Shown in pieces: positions 45,101-53,820 of a DNA stretch of 53,820 nucleotides. The translations under genes were made by a program, and so were the position numbers. The notes beneath the pieces are model-generated. The model made no database searches and was not told the DNA's origin. It saw nothing but the letters and a program-made list of their open reading frames with translations. The DNA is from a virus (lineage: Duplodnaviria > Caudoviricetes): IMG/VR virus record IMGVR_UViG_3300025671_012102, positions 1 through 53,820 of that record. The stretch is one strand, 5' to 3'. The stretch's first letter is position 1. Every line of letters starts with the position of its first letter.

Positions 45101-48100
45101 TACCGATTCATTGGAAATAATAAAGGTTCTTTTACTTCTCATTCCATTAAGTTAGATGGCGTAATTGATGAAACACGTAAACACCTGAATTCATTAAGCA
45201 ACGAATCGCTAAAAGATTACGGTGCCCACCTTCGCGAGCAACAAGCAGAGCGTCAAAAGAAGTTTAATGAATACAAAGAGAGATTAACCAACCCAAAAAC
45301 AATAAAAGACTTTCAAGACTCTATAGCGACACTTGGCAAAGGTCGTTTATCTGATGAACAGCTTGCTCAGTACGATAAGCTACTTGCTGAAAAAGAAATG
45401 ACAGATAAGCCAGCCGTTAAACAAGGCCTAGAGAGTGATGAAAAAATAGAGCTTGGCGAACCAGAAGAAAGTACTCATGGAAAAACAGGAGACACTATCT
45501 TCAATGTAAAGGCAATTACTCGCATTGGTAAGGAGAAATTTAAGGAAGCGGCTAATTTTGCTCGATCTTTGGGTGGTGGTTACTACCGTAGCAATTTTTA
45601 CTTTAAAAGCCGCGAGGATGCAGGGCTTTTTAGCAATTGGATGAATGGAGAGGATGTAGACCTTACCGAGAAAAAACAGGCGAGAGATCAAGCCAAGAAA
45701 GAAAGCGCTGCAAGCCGATTAAAATCAATGGCAGATAGCCTAGAACAGCAAGCGAACGAAAGACTTAACTCCGAGCGCAAAGAGAATACTATAAAGCGAA
45801 TGAGAGAGGCAGATAGTGCTCGCAACGCTGCAAATAATGACATTGAAACGGCCAGACTTCTAAAAGCCATTGCAGATAACCCTAAGTCTGTATTGAAAAA
45901 TCTCACGCAAAAAGTGCAAGTAGAATTGTTTCAGCAGCTTCAAAAATCACTTGTCCACTATGCCCCTTCTGAGCTAAAGCAAAAAACACCGGATGGATAT
46001 GATCATTTTAGAGGTGACGTAAGCTCTGAAAAAAAAGCACAGCTTGTAAAAATGCCTTTAGCTGAACTTCATCAAAACTTAGTAGATGATATTGCGAAAA
46101 AAAGTGAAGGTAAAAAAGGCTTTATTCTCTTATCTAGGATGCTTGCTAAAAAATCAAAACAAAGTGAGAGAGGAAAAGTTATACCTTTAGATCAGCGTGA
46201 AATAGAAGGAATTATTAAGTTTTATGAAGCGAATAAAGAAGATTTTCAATACAGTTTTTTGAAGAATAATGTCGAAGATTATAAGCGATTGAAGCGTATG
46301 GGCATTACCAGCAAGCCAGCTCTAAGGGCCGCCTTGTTAGAGTTTATGAACATAGAGAAAAAGGTAGATAAGCCAGAAACAGGAAAAAGTAAACTGGAAG
46401 TCATGCAGCGCAATTTAAAACAAAGAGTGCTTGGAAACCGTAATGCCTTTAATGACTTCTTTCCAACTCCAACAGAAACGGCTAGTGAGATTATTGATCT
46501 AGCAGATATTCAGCCTGGCATGAAAGTGCTTGAACCTTCTGCCGGTAATGGCTTGCTGGCAGACGCAGCAAAAGAGGTTGGTGCAAAAGTCGATACTGTT
46601 GAAATGGCTGGCCAGTTGCGTGAAATTCTAAGCGAGAAAGGTTACAGGCTAGTTGGTGATGATTTCCTAGAATACAGCGGCGGCATTGGCGAATACGATC
46701 GCATCGTTATGAATCCCCCGTTTAGCAACGACCAAGATATTCAGCATGTTGCGCATGCCTATGACAAATTAAAGCCAGGCGGTCGATTAGTCGCGATCGT
46801 GTCTAGGATGGCAGGCGAGCGCCAAAACAAACGCAATAAAGCATTTAGTCAATGGCTTGATGACCTTGGTGCCGAAACTCAAGCGTTACCAGAAAACGCT
46901 TTTAAATCCTCGTTAAACCCAACAGCCGTGCGAACTAAGGCAATCATCATTGATAAGCCAGAAGACGGCAGTATTAATGTTCCGGAAGAAGTTAAGCCAC
47001 CTAAAGAAGCGCTAATGTCAATTAGCGAGCGCGCGGCAAGTGGTATGAAAGCCGAAGATATCCGAAAAGCAGTTGAACCGCTTATCAAGCAGCTTCACGA
47101 AGAAAACACCTTTCAAGTTGTCCAGTCTGTTAACGATTTACCCTTTGCCGTGCGCCTTCTTGTTAAAAAGCAGTTATCTAAATCGAAAGGCGAGAATGCA
47201 ACCGTTCGCGGTGTGAATGCCGGTGCCAAAAACTATCTTATTGCTGATGGTATCAAGGACGAAAAAGAAGCGGTTTCTATCTTCCTTCATGAAGTGGTTG
47301 GGCATAAAGCTGTTCTGGATATGCTAGGAAAGGAAGGCGATTCCATCATGGAACGTATTGCTTACAGCTATGGACCTAAACAGCTGCAGGACTTAATTAA
47401 AGCCTATGGTGCAGATTTCAAAACCAAAGAAGGGCGCATTCTTCTTGGCAAAGAAAAAGTGGCCCAAATGGCTGAGAGGAACGAGAAACCTTCTTTGCTT
47501 GGCAAGCTGGTAGCAAACGTAAAAGCATGGTTGCGCAATTACTTCCCCAATATCAAATGGTCAGATAATGACGTGCTCAACATGCTGGCAACCGCGAGGG
47601 ATAACGTCGAAAACCGCTACATGGTGAAAGTTGACCTAGATTCAGCCGAATCGAAAAGCGATTCAACCGAGAAAGAGGCTAATCTCTCTATAAGGGCCAA
47701 AAACAAAACAGAGCCAACCGAAGAAACACCATACGACACTCTATATAGAACATTAGGGCAAAAAGATAAAACCGTCTTCCAGAAAGCAAAAGATGAAATG
47801 AAGCGTCAATTTAAAGCCGGTGGGTTGCTTCCTGACTCTGTATTCAGCAAAAAAATTGAACGTGATTCAAACATGAATGCCAGCGAACTGGATGTTAGCG
47901 CTTATCTATCATCATTCAGAGCAGCTGTGAAAAAAGCATATGGGAAAGAGTACTCTGATTTAAACGATACGCTTAAACAAAAAATCAATAATCAGATGAG
48001 TTCGACTGACCCAGATAAGACCATACCTTTCTCCGTTAGGCTGGAATTGATGAAGATGAGATTTAGCATCAAAGGCTTATCGCAAGAATATGCTGCCATT

Positions 48101-50368
48101 CTAAAGAGTGATATGGAGCAATTAAGAAACGAAGGCAAAGACACAGCTGCAAACGAAAAAGCTCAACTATTGGAAACGATATTGGGCAATTTGGACACAT
48201 ACACTAATAGATCATATAAAGCCTTTGATGATCCGAAATGGCCTAAAAAAGTCCCTCAGAATATCTTAGATGATGCTAAAAACTACCTTGAATCACGCTA
48301 CCTTGATCAAGGGTTATCAGAAAAGCAGATTCAAGAAAAAGTTGCTAGGACAATACGAACTATCTTGGAAGAGGGAACAGCTTATGAGGATATGGGGAGC
48401 TTTATAAAAGAAAGTAAATTAGGTGCTAAGGATTTAAGTACCTTGAAGAAAAGAAAGGAAATCGCCCCTGAAATTCGGGCATTGTTAGGCGAATACCAGG
48501 ACGTTGAAGTTAACTTTGCCAAGACAGTTACAAAGACAAGTCATCTCGTCGCAAACCATAAGTTTCTTCAGCATGTTCGTGATTTAGGTGAAAAAGAAGG
48601 CTTCTTGTTTACGGAAGAAAACAAACCTCTCGATAAAAGTGTTGTGAAAATTGCCGCGGATGGTTCGGAAGTTATGGCGCCATTAAATGGCTTCTACACT
48701 TACCCTGAAATCGAACAAGCTTTTAGAGAGGCTCTTGGTAAGCAGGGTGATATGCCAGCATGGTTAAGTGGAATTATTCGATTAAACGGCATTGTGAAGT
48801 ACGGGAAAACTGTTCTATCACCCACCACGGCAATGAGAAACATTTGGTCTGCTTTTTTCTTCTCTGTAGCAAACGGGCATTTTGACGTTAGCCAAATGCG
48901 TAAGTCTATCGAAGTTAGAAAACAGTACTTTGGTGGCGACAATGACAAAAGTAAATTGGCCTATCTTAAAAAATTAAAAAGCCTTGGGGTTATTTATGAT
49001 ACGCCTTATGCGGGTGAAATGATGGACCTTTTAGAAGATTCTCGCCTGCGGGATTTTATGACTAACAAGAAGGTCTTTTCATCGTTTACTAAGCTTAATG
49101 ACTTTGCTCAAAAATTTTACCAGTACGGTGATGATATGTGGAAAATCATGGGCTGGGAAAACGAGAAAGCCATGCTCATGAAATACAAGAAAATGAGCGA
49201 ACCTGATGCCGAAGTTGCTGCCGCTGAACGCATTCGCAATACATACCCAACTTATTCGATGACAGGGCGATTTACCCAGTCTCTCAGACGCTTCCCTCTT
49301 GCTGGTACCTTTGTTTCGTTTCCCGCTGAAATTATTCGAACTAGCTATCATATGATTCGCTATCTTAAGCAAGACTTTAAAGAGTCACCTGCTTACGCTA
49401 GACGTAAAGTAGCCGGTTTGGCTCTGGTCAGCAGCTTAGCATTTGCTGCCCAAGGAGTAAGTAAGGCGTTAATGGGGCTTGACGACGACGAGGAAGAAGC
49501 TGTTAGAGATATGGCTGCATCTTGGCAGAAAAACTCAAACATATTGTTTACTGGCCGCGACGAAAACGGAAATATTCAATATTTGGATATGTCGTTTCTT
49601 GATCCCTACAACTATTTCAAACGTCCAATTAATGCCATGTTAAGAGATCAGCCTATTAAAGACATGGTTGCTCAATCCGCTTCTGAAATGCTGACCCCTT
49701 TCTTTGGTGAAGACATTACCTTTAGTAATTTGATGGAGGTTTACACAAACAAGAAAGGCAGTGGCGGGAAGGTGTTTAATGAACAAGGATCAGTGGGAGA
49801 TCAGGCTATGGATATAGCTGACCACTTAAGGAAAGGTTTACAACCGGGCTTTATGAGCAATATGGAACGAATGTATAAGGCTATGGAGGGAGATGTTTCT
49901 GCCAGTGGTAAAAAATACACTGTACAAGATGAAATGGCCGCTCTTGTTGGCTTTAGAATGTCAACATTAGACCCTAAAACGGCACTTTATTATCAGAGCT
50001 TCGACTTTAAGCAAAGCAAAGCTGATGCCGCAAAAATACTAAAGGATGTTTTAAGAAACCCTAACAAGGTGTCAAAATCCGATCTAGAAAACGCAAGAGA
50101 TACGATGCTTAAAGCTAGAAAAAATTCATACGACAGGATGATGCGATTAGTTAAGTCTGCGAAAAAAGCAGGTATGACAAACCCAGAGATAGGACAAATA
50201 TTGAAGTTAAGCGGAGTCAGTCGACAAGACGTTATGTCTCTCATTCTTGGGCGTATGCCAAAAAATGATAGTTATCTTGAAATGGCTGCTTCTATATCAA
50301 AAAGAGCAGAGGTTTTGTACGGCAAAGAGTCTGGAAACGAAATCATAAGTAGAGCGAAAGGACTGTAA
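42197..50368 (+). CDS. Large polyvalent/internal virion protein: InPase-like domain, amino-methyltransferase, zincin-like HExxxH and large helical C-terminus (DarB-like)
   Basis: YKKG...IENPK.S.RSG.D..G..W...M..HYG.I.G..GADGD.LDVF (~44200-44590); DFFPTP, LEPSAGNG (46529), NPPF (46712); HEVVGH (47288). Confidence 0.85.
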   Translation: MADYTREEIARLAAIKKRINGKMESLGSSPENEQGFLGDAVDAVQHGLLSGAADLTDGVGYLTGSDTIRKGANYLRGQADNQINQMSPDGREAFQGFGIQADESSPTGYGFKDESSLKGFGLNVLSGVGSFAPTMVPGLGAAKAISVAGKATGLAGKGTKAATALDKGADVVGFAGAGAASIGGSTGNQAYETVVNADFHTLKDAEIFQKEYWNLRKLKELDHISALKQARENVARELATEAAKDGAIMGAITQGALGPVMGKLFRGEAGSIGKAAATGAITEGSQEFVESGGQTAISNMAVNPAVPTNTMDNVVGDALTGAMVGGPVGGGFGAAGASFGRFRKPKDNTDDPLDLSEQDQGYQAVERQIAEIEGLMVENGDNLTDSEFAELEAKRNELLQRRAEITGEQPMDFSGPVESQVQPEQLALPNQNIIYGERPEPSQEQIQARQKNQAAFEGQFGEPRNTGREGEYLGQVFPESANQQQGGNVYDGEVLRDPLSLEAPQQAGDVPALEDAGIIYGEKPESNARPARSNGLTDPYTAPQPSRKNDNPIYQEIKHKQRLLEEQEQSVTEEAAPQLNQQAVPEAPLEKSAPQNEVLVSESKNVTELPAVESSPVTQPPLEGIVAEQEQPSSAELPTEGSEPIKQALDKAAQDTNTQPTEKQIEADNYKKGRVSLHGLDIAIENPKDSVRSGKDSDGKKWESKMAHHYGDIKGIKGADGDDLDVFIGDKPESDKAYIVDQVDPKTGEFDEHKVMLGFDDKAQAESGYLKNYEDGWKGVGAVTEMPISEFKEWIKSGDTTKPVSELMGGKADKVIEAEPAELPPVTVKLSLSNKPFKTESSARLSRTFKDTPNAEVVPVDGGFGVKEGEVAKQNAEPATAKVNVDESDEPPYAHYHSVQKNLFDGKEVTADEVKQGFERLAGDPARAKAELNKLTKKELAKIVNGHVYSDEKKARLVERAYQSSISRYRFIGNNKGSFTSHSIKLDGVIDETRKHLNSLSNESLKDYGAHLREQQAERQKKFNEYKERLTNPKTIKDFQDSIATLGKGRLSDEQLAQYDKLLAEKEMTDKPAVKQGLESDEKIELGEPEESTHGKTGDTIFNVKAITRIGKEKFKEAANFARSLGGGYYRSNFYFKSREDAGLFSNWMNGEDVDLTEKKQARDQAKKESAASRLKSMADSLEQQANERLNSERKENTIKRMREADSARNAANNDIETARLLKAIADNPKSVLKNLTQKVQVELFQQLQKSLVHYAPSELKQKTPDGYDHFRGDVSSEKKAQLVKMPLAELHQNLVDDIAKKSEGKKGFILLSRMLAKKSKQSERGKVIPLDQREIEGIIKFYEANKEDFQYSFLKNNVEDYKRLKRMGITSKPALRAALLEFMNIEKKVDKPETGKSKLEVMQRNLKQRVLGNRNAFNDFFPTPTETASEIIDLADIQPGMKVLEPSAGNGLLADAAKEVGAKVDTVEMAGQLREILSEKGYRLVGDDFLEYSGGIGEYDRIVMNPPFSNDQDIQHVAHAYDKLKPGGRLVAIVSRMAGERQNKRNKAFSQWLDDLGAETQALPENAFKSSLNPTAVRTKAIIIDKPEDGSINVPEEVKPPKEALMSISERAASGMKAEDIRKAVEPLIKQLHEENTFQVVQSVNDLPFAVRLLVKKQLSKSKGENATVRGVNAGAKNYLIADGIKDEKEAVSIFLHEVVGHKAVLDMLGKEGDSIMERIAYSYGPKQLQDLIKAYGADFKTKEGRILLGKEKVAQMAERNEKPSLLGKLVANVKAWLRNYFPNIKWSDNDVLNMLATARDNVENRYMVKVDLDSAESKSDSTEKEANLSIRAKNKTEPTEETPYDTLYRTLGQKDKTVFQKAKDEMKRQFKAGGLLPDSVFSKKIERDSNMNASELDVSAYLSSFRAAVKKAYGKEYSDLNDTLKQKINNQMSSTDPDKTIPFSVRLELMKMRFSIKGLSQEYAAILKSDMEQLRNEGKDTAANEKAQLLETILGNLDTYTNRSYKAFDDPKWPKKVPQNILDDAKNYLESRYLDQGLSEKQIQEKVARTIRTILEEGTAYEDMGSFIKESKLGAKDLSTLKKRKEIAPEIRALLGEYQDVEVNFAKTVTKTSHLVANHKFLQHVRDLGEKEGFLFTEENKPLDKSVVKIAADGSEVMAPLNGFYTYPEIEQAFREALGKQGDMPAWLSGIIRLNGIVKYGKTVLSPTTAMRNIWSAFFFSVANGHFDVSQMRKSIEVRKQYFGGDNDKSKLAYLKKLKSLGVIYDTPYAGEMMDLLEDSRLRDFMTNKKVFSSFTKLNDFAQKFYQYGDDMWKIMGWENEKAMLMKYKKMSEPDAEVAAAERIRNTYPTYSMTGRFTQSLRRFPLAGTFVSFPAEIIRTSYHMIRYLKQDFKESPAYARRKVAGLALVSSLAFAAQGVSKALMGLDDDEEEAVRDMAASWQKNSNILFTGRDENGNIQYLDMSFLDPYNYFKRPINAMLRDQPIKDMVAQSASEMLTPFFGEDITFSNLMEVYTNKKGSGGKVFNEQGSVGDQAMDIADHLRKGLQPGFMSNMERMYKAMEGDVSASGKKYTVQDEMAALVGFRMSTLDPKTALYYQSFDFKQSKADAAKILKDVLRNPNKVSKSDLENARDTMLKARKNSYDRMMRLVKSAKKAGMTNPEIGQILKLSGVSRQDVMSLILGRMPKNDSYLEMAASISKRAEVLYGKESGNEIISRAKGL

Positions 50369-50369
50369 T

Positions 50370-50567
50370 CTAGTCATCACCCAAGTAATAAATAGGAACA
50401 CTTGTATCGACATGGATGTCATCTTCTAAGTCCCTTCCCCAAAAGATCCCACTAAAACAGAATATTAACCAAACAATGAAGAACCAGCCGTGCCAGTTGT
50501 CGGTTATTTCATTCTCAATTTTCATGCGACGCTCATGCCATATTGAACGCTTCTTTTTTTTGCGCAT
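50370..50567 (-). CDS. Small single-TM protein
   Basis: AGGAG SD; basic N-terminus, WFFIVWLIFCFSGIFW TM, acidic C-terminus. Confidence 0.6.
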   Translation of the reverse strand: MRKKKKRSIWHERRMKIENEITDNWHGWFFIVWLIFCFSGIFWGRDLEDDIHVDTSVPIYYLGDD

Positions 50568-50630
50568 TCAGCAATCTCCTAGATTATTTACATAGTAAGA
50601 GTAGCTGCAGAATTAAGAAGTGTGAAGGGA

Positions 50631-51185
50631 CTACTCGTGTTTAGTAACAATGTACATCGTTACTAGGTCAGTACCGGTATCGTTGATCACAGGAATTGTT
50701 TTGAAGCCGTGTTGTTCATAGTATTCAATGAGCGGTTTTATATTTTCACATTCCAAAGTTATGACCTTCCCACCAATTAAGTCTTGAGCGGCATGAATTA
50801 TCCCATAAGCTTCAGCTAGTAGGTCTTTCAACGATATAGGGTTGTTATCAATGTTGAAGTTCTTGCCTATCTGACCTATCAGGTGTGTTTTGATAATGCC
50901 ACCACGAGCTTTTAGCTTTTTAACTAGGGTAGTTGAAGCTAGCTCTGTATCAATTTTGATTTCTTTTGATGACACCGTTGTATAGCCGAGAAGGTCTCCG
51001 TTGCTCTTATCCAAAAGAAAATAAGTACGTGAAGCAGCTTGTCTTTCGTTGGCTATCGCGGTATTTGATAGGAAGTGTTGTACATCTGGATTTCTTGAAC
51101 TAAAAGTATCGATGATGGCCTCAGCATAGGATTGACCATCATCGTCTTCTAGGATTTTCTTGAGTGAGAGAAGCGTTGTTTTAAT
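50631..51185 (-). CDS. GNAT-family acetyltransferase (putative toxin); start probably non-canonical
   Basis: The frame stays open upstream of the called TTG (51014) and encodes FSSRNPDVQHFL..TAI..E....SRTYF; also LIGQIGKN and LECEN...LIEYYEQHGF. Confidence 0.7.
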   Translation of the reverse strand: MKTTLLSLKKILEDDDGQSYAEAIIDTFSSRNPDVQHFLSNTAIANERQAASRTYFLLDKSNGDLLGYTTVSSKEIKIDTELASTTLVKKLKARGGIIKTHLIGQIGKNFNIDNNPISLKDLLAEAYGIIHAAQDLIGGKVITLECENIKPLIEYYEQHGFKTIPVINDTGTDLVTMYIVTKHE

Positions 51186-51328
51186 AGCTGCATACCTTTC
51201 TTGCTATCTTTATTCAGGTCGCGTTTCGCTGCCTTTACCGTCACTGGTGCTTCGATGTCTTTTAAGAATTTAAGGCTAGCTTCTTTATCTTCGACAACAA
51301 ATGCTCTTTCAAATGATATTGTAGACAT
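51149..51328 (-). CDS. Small protein (59 aa) upstream of and overlapping the GNAT gene; putative antitoxin
   Basis: Read manually: GAGGT SD, MSTISFERAFVVEDKEASLKFLKDIEAPVTVKAAKRDLNKDSKKGMQLLKQRFSHSRKS. Confidence 0.65.
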   Translation of the reverse strand: MSTISFERAFVVEDKEASLKFLKDIEAPVTVKAAKRDLNKDSKKGMQLLKQRFSHSRKS

Positions 51329-51459
51329 AATATTTACCTCTGAACGTCTTGTTATGTTCTGTAGCCATCTTGGCTAAGGTATGTACAGTATCGTATTAAC
51401 ACAAATCAGTTTCTAATTGATTTTTACTATGTACTTAACAAAAAAAGGAGTTTGAGAGC

Positions 51460-52134
51460 ATGATAAAGCGTTTATTTTCACACATGTTGTTAATTGTGGT
51501 GTCGGTGCTGTCGATTTCGACACATGCTTACGAACCAGTCAAAAAATCAAAGTCAGCTATTTGCCATGCGCCAGGCACAGAGTACTACAGCCGAACCAAG
51601 AACTTTACTTCCTATGACACTTTAGACCAGTGCCTTGCTAGTGGTGGCCGATTACCCAAAGGTCAAAGCTACACGCCCCAGTCAAAGCCTAAAGTCGCAT
51701 CAGAAACACCAACCAAATACAGCCGAGAGGAATTTGGAAGAGGCTGGGCCGATGAAGATAAGGATTGCCAAAACACTCGACAAGAAATACTGATCTCTCT
51801 ATCTACAGCACCTGTTCGTTTCTCAGATGATCGAGAATGCAGAGTAACGTTTGGTCGTTGGATTTCGATGTACTCAGGAGAAGTGATTTTTGATGCTTCA
51901 AAACTGGATGTTGATCACATTGTTCCGTTAAAGTGGGCGTGGGATAATGGTGCAGATAAATGGAGCAAAGATAAGCGAGAACGGTTTGCGAATGATCCCG
52001 CTAACCTAGTCGCTGTTGAGGCTTCGTTAAACCGGCAAAAAGGTGCAAAAGGGCTAGACGAATGGCTACCACCTAAAAACCAAACGCAGTACAAGGCGAG
52101 ATTTGAGCGAATTTTAAAGAAGTATGGGATGTGA
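51460..52134 (+). CDS. Exported HNH nuclease (DUF1524-like)
   Basis: Signal peptide; small CH...C N-terminal domain; DVDHIVP and FANDPANLVAVEASLNRQKG. Confidence 0.85.
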   Translation: MIKRLFSHMLLIVVSVLSISTHAYEPVKKSKSAICHAPGTEYYSRTKNFTSYDTLDQCLASGGRLPKGQSYTPQSKPKVASETPTKYSREEFGRGWADEDKDCQNTRQEILISLSTAPVRFSDDRECRVTFGRWISMYSGEVIFDASKLDVDHIVPLKWAWDNGADKWSKDKRERFANDPANLVAVEASLNRQKGAKGLDEWLPPKNQTQYKARFERILKKYGM

Positions 52135-52152
52135 GTTGATAAGACTTTGAGC

Positions 52153-52698
52153 TTAATGTGATAGTTTTTTAACTTCCGCATTAGCTTTATAAATACCTAA
52201 GATAAATTCCTTGAGCTGATTTTCAATCACCTCTCTTACAAACGACGGGCATCTGTCAGACTGACATGAAATGATAGATCCAGTGTCCCAAGATGTTGCG
52301 TATTGGTTTGCTGATGTAAAATTGTAATCCCTTAGTCTAGGCAAGCTAGCCAATTCATCTAGCCTCAGCTCAACATGGATGGAAAAAATGTTCGACGTAC
52401 TTATTTGTAGCACTAGCACATTTGAGGTGAGTGCTGGGCTTTCAATACACTTATTTAAAGTGTTGACATCTTGTGTTGCATTACAAACGTCTCTGTCAAT
52501 AATGCTAATATTATTTTGCATTAATTCTAGTTCGATTAGGTTTGATATTGTGCGCTCATCTAGCATGACATTCTGATAGTCTCCACCCAAAGAAACATAA
52601 GTCTTTACTTCATCTATACCTGTTAACTCTCGTGAAACCTCAGCAGAAATGCCACTTGAAGATAAAAATAGAATTATTGAAAATATGAGCTTTTTCAC
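52153..52698 (-). CDS. Exported hypothetical protein (cargo)
   Basis: MKKLIFSIILFLSSSGISA signal peptide. Confidence 0.7.
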   Translation of the reverse strand: MKKLIFSIILFLSSSGISAEVSRELTGIDEVKTYVSLGGDYQNVMLDERTISNLIELELMQNNISIIDRDVCNATQDVNTLNKCIESPALTSNVLVLQISTSNIFSIHVELRLDELASLPRLRDYNFTSANQYATSWDTGSIISCQSDRCPSFVREVIENQLKEFILGIYKANAEVKKLSH

Positions 52699-52877
52699 TA
52701 CGCGTCTTCCTTGATTGAGAATTGATTTAGTTTAACAAGAAACTTGAATCTAGTTTAAGTATAAACTAATATCACTTCGCGCTGGCAAAATCCAGCGCTC
52801 GGGATTGGCGTTCCGAAAATACAAGATGGACATACCGCCATCAAGCGGTTTTTTTATGTCCATAGCTTTGCTCTTCT

Positions 52878-52957
52878 ATGGGCGGGCTGAGTGGGGGTGC
52901 ATTCGTGCACACCAGACCTTGTACTGGTACGCCAACTCTACAAAAGCCCGTCCACCC
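52878..52957 (+). ncRNA. C4-like antisense RNA (P1/P7 C4, P4 CI type)
   Basis: Closing stem GGGCGGGCT/AGCCCGTCC, inner hairpins; CCTTGTA and ACGCCAA are complementary to flanking TACAAG(G) and TTGGCGT sites. Confidence 0.8.
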
Positions 52958-53004
52958 TAATTGGCGTTAGGCAGACGGAAGCGAAACCTATACAAGGACC
53001 CATC

Positions 53005-53820
53005 ATGAATAGTTTAACTATCCTATCTAGAAACATCCGTATACTTGACGGATTGTATTCCCTTAATGACCTTCACAAGGCAGCGGGCAACGACCCTAAA
53101 CATAAGCCGATTCAATATCTACGTAACGCACAAACTAAAGAATTAATTGAAGAAATCGAGAAAGGTGCGAATTTGCACCTTTCTATAAAAGTAACTAAAG
53201 GCTCTAAAGGTGGCACTTGGGTTTGCAAAGAGCTGGTATATGCCTACGCAATGTGGATCAGCCCAAAATTCCATCTTCATGTTATCCGTGCTTTTGATCA
53301 GCTTGTAACAAAACCAAAACTTTCTGATACTACCGAACGAAAAGCTTTGAACATTTGTGTTCGCTCATTGGCAAATGCTCGCTCTCATACTGGCGAGCCA
53401 GCCGACTATGCAAGCGTTTGGAAAATGGTAAACGGCTATCTTGGTGTTGCTCATATTGAAGAGGCCACAGTCGAGCAAGTAGAGAGGGGTGTGGAGTTTG
53501 TGCAAAGAGCTATTGAAGGTGAATACATTGGCCGACTAGACGCTCCTATTGCCAATTCAAACGCAGAATTAGAAAGCAGAGTGGCAGCACTTGAAGCCAC
53601 AACGGCCTCATTGGAAAAAGAGCTTATCTTTATTCACAGCCATGCTGAGAAATTAACCCAAGACTTTAACGGCACGATTTACCCGGCATTAAAGGGACTG
53701 AATCCAAAGTTGTTTGCCGGTGTTCGTGAGCGTATGTTTTGTATCTACTCCCATAGCTCAAAAAGATCTGTTGATGGCTGGAAACAACAATCTCTTTTAT
53801 CTTCACTGCAAACACATTAA
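53005..53820 (+). CDS. KilA-N domain antirepressor-like protein
   Basis: YSLNDLHKAAG, GGTWVCKELVYAYAMWISPKFHLHVIRAFD. ATG at 53005 preferred because the upstream GTG lies inside the C4 RNA. Confidence 0.88.
   Translation: MNSLTILSRNIRILDGLYSLNDLHKAAGNDPKHKPIQYLRNAQTKELIEEIEKGANLHLSIKVTKGSKGGTWVCKELVYAYAMWISPKFHLHVIRAFDQLVTKPKLSDTTERKALNICVRSLANARSHTGEPADYASVWKMVNGYLGVAHIEEATVEQVERGVEFVQRAIEGEYIGRLDAPIANSNAELESRVAALEATTASLEKELIFIHSHAEKLTQDFNGTIYPALKGLNPKLFAGVRERMFCIYSHSSKRSVDGWKQQSLLSSLQTH

Larger units (their letters stand above)
1..53820. mobile_element. Temperate prophage: lambdoid control region with short-tailed (podovirus-type) morphogenesis genes
   Basis: Ordered integrase, recombination, cI/cro, replication, nin, lysis, terminase, portal, capsid, tail and ejection genes. 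No tape-measure or tail-tube gene recognised. Confidence 0.95.

Noticed and set aside
52891-53004. N-terminal extension of the KilA-N ORF from GTG
   Set aside because: Overlaps the C4 RNA; the ATG at 53005 has an SD and gives a typical KilA-N start.
1-53820. attL/attR, tRNA, rRNA and CRISPR arrays
   Set aside because: None recognised; the window is cut at gene boundaries, so att sites probably lie outside it.

Overview
The window is one essentially complete temperate prophage, trimmed to gene boundaries: it begins at the integrase ATG and ends at an antirepressor stop codon, so no att sites are visible. The host is probably a gammaproteobacterium (inferred from the SSB, CsrA and promoter style). 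Layout: integrase and an AT-rich cargo region (1-6.1 kb); a leftward early/recombination operon (AlpA/Xis-like, DUF2303, SSB, SutA-like, CsrA, DUF1351-like, putative annealase, RecE-like exonuclease); a lambdoid cI/cro switch with visible OL/OR operators; an O-like initiator with iterons but no visible helicase loader; nin-type genes and a Q-like regulator; a second cargo cluster; lysis genes; a short-tailed (podovirus-type) morphogenesis module with an N4-gp56-family capsid, ejection proteins and a 2723-aa polyvalent protein; a third cargo cluster; and a C4 antisense-RNA-controlled KilA-N antirepressor. The best hidden signal lies at 1741-2247 and is absent from the ORF track. It is a complete tisB/dinQ-style type I toxin-antitoxin locus with a 25-aa hydrophobic peptide, a ~230-nt self-folding leader and a divergent ~84-nt sRNA complementary to that leader. 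Other highlights are a GNAT gene pair with no canonical start codon, host-regulator mimics (CsrA plus SutA-like), a tail protein with a symmetric cysteine ladder, twin late promoters and a structured intergenic RNA. All family names come from motif recognition, not database searches.
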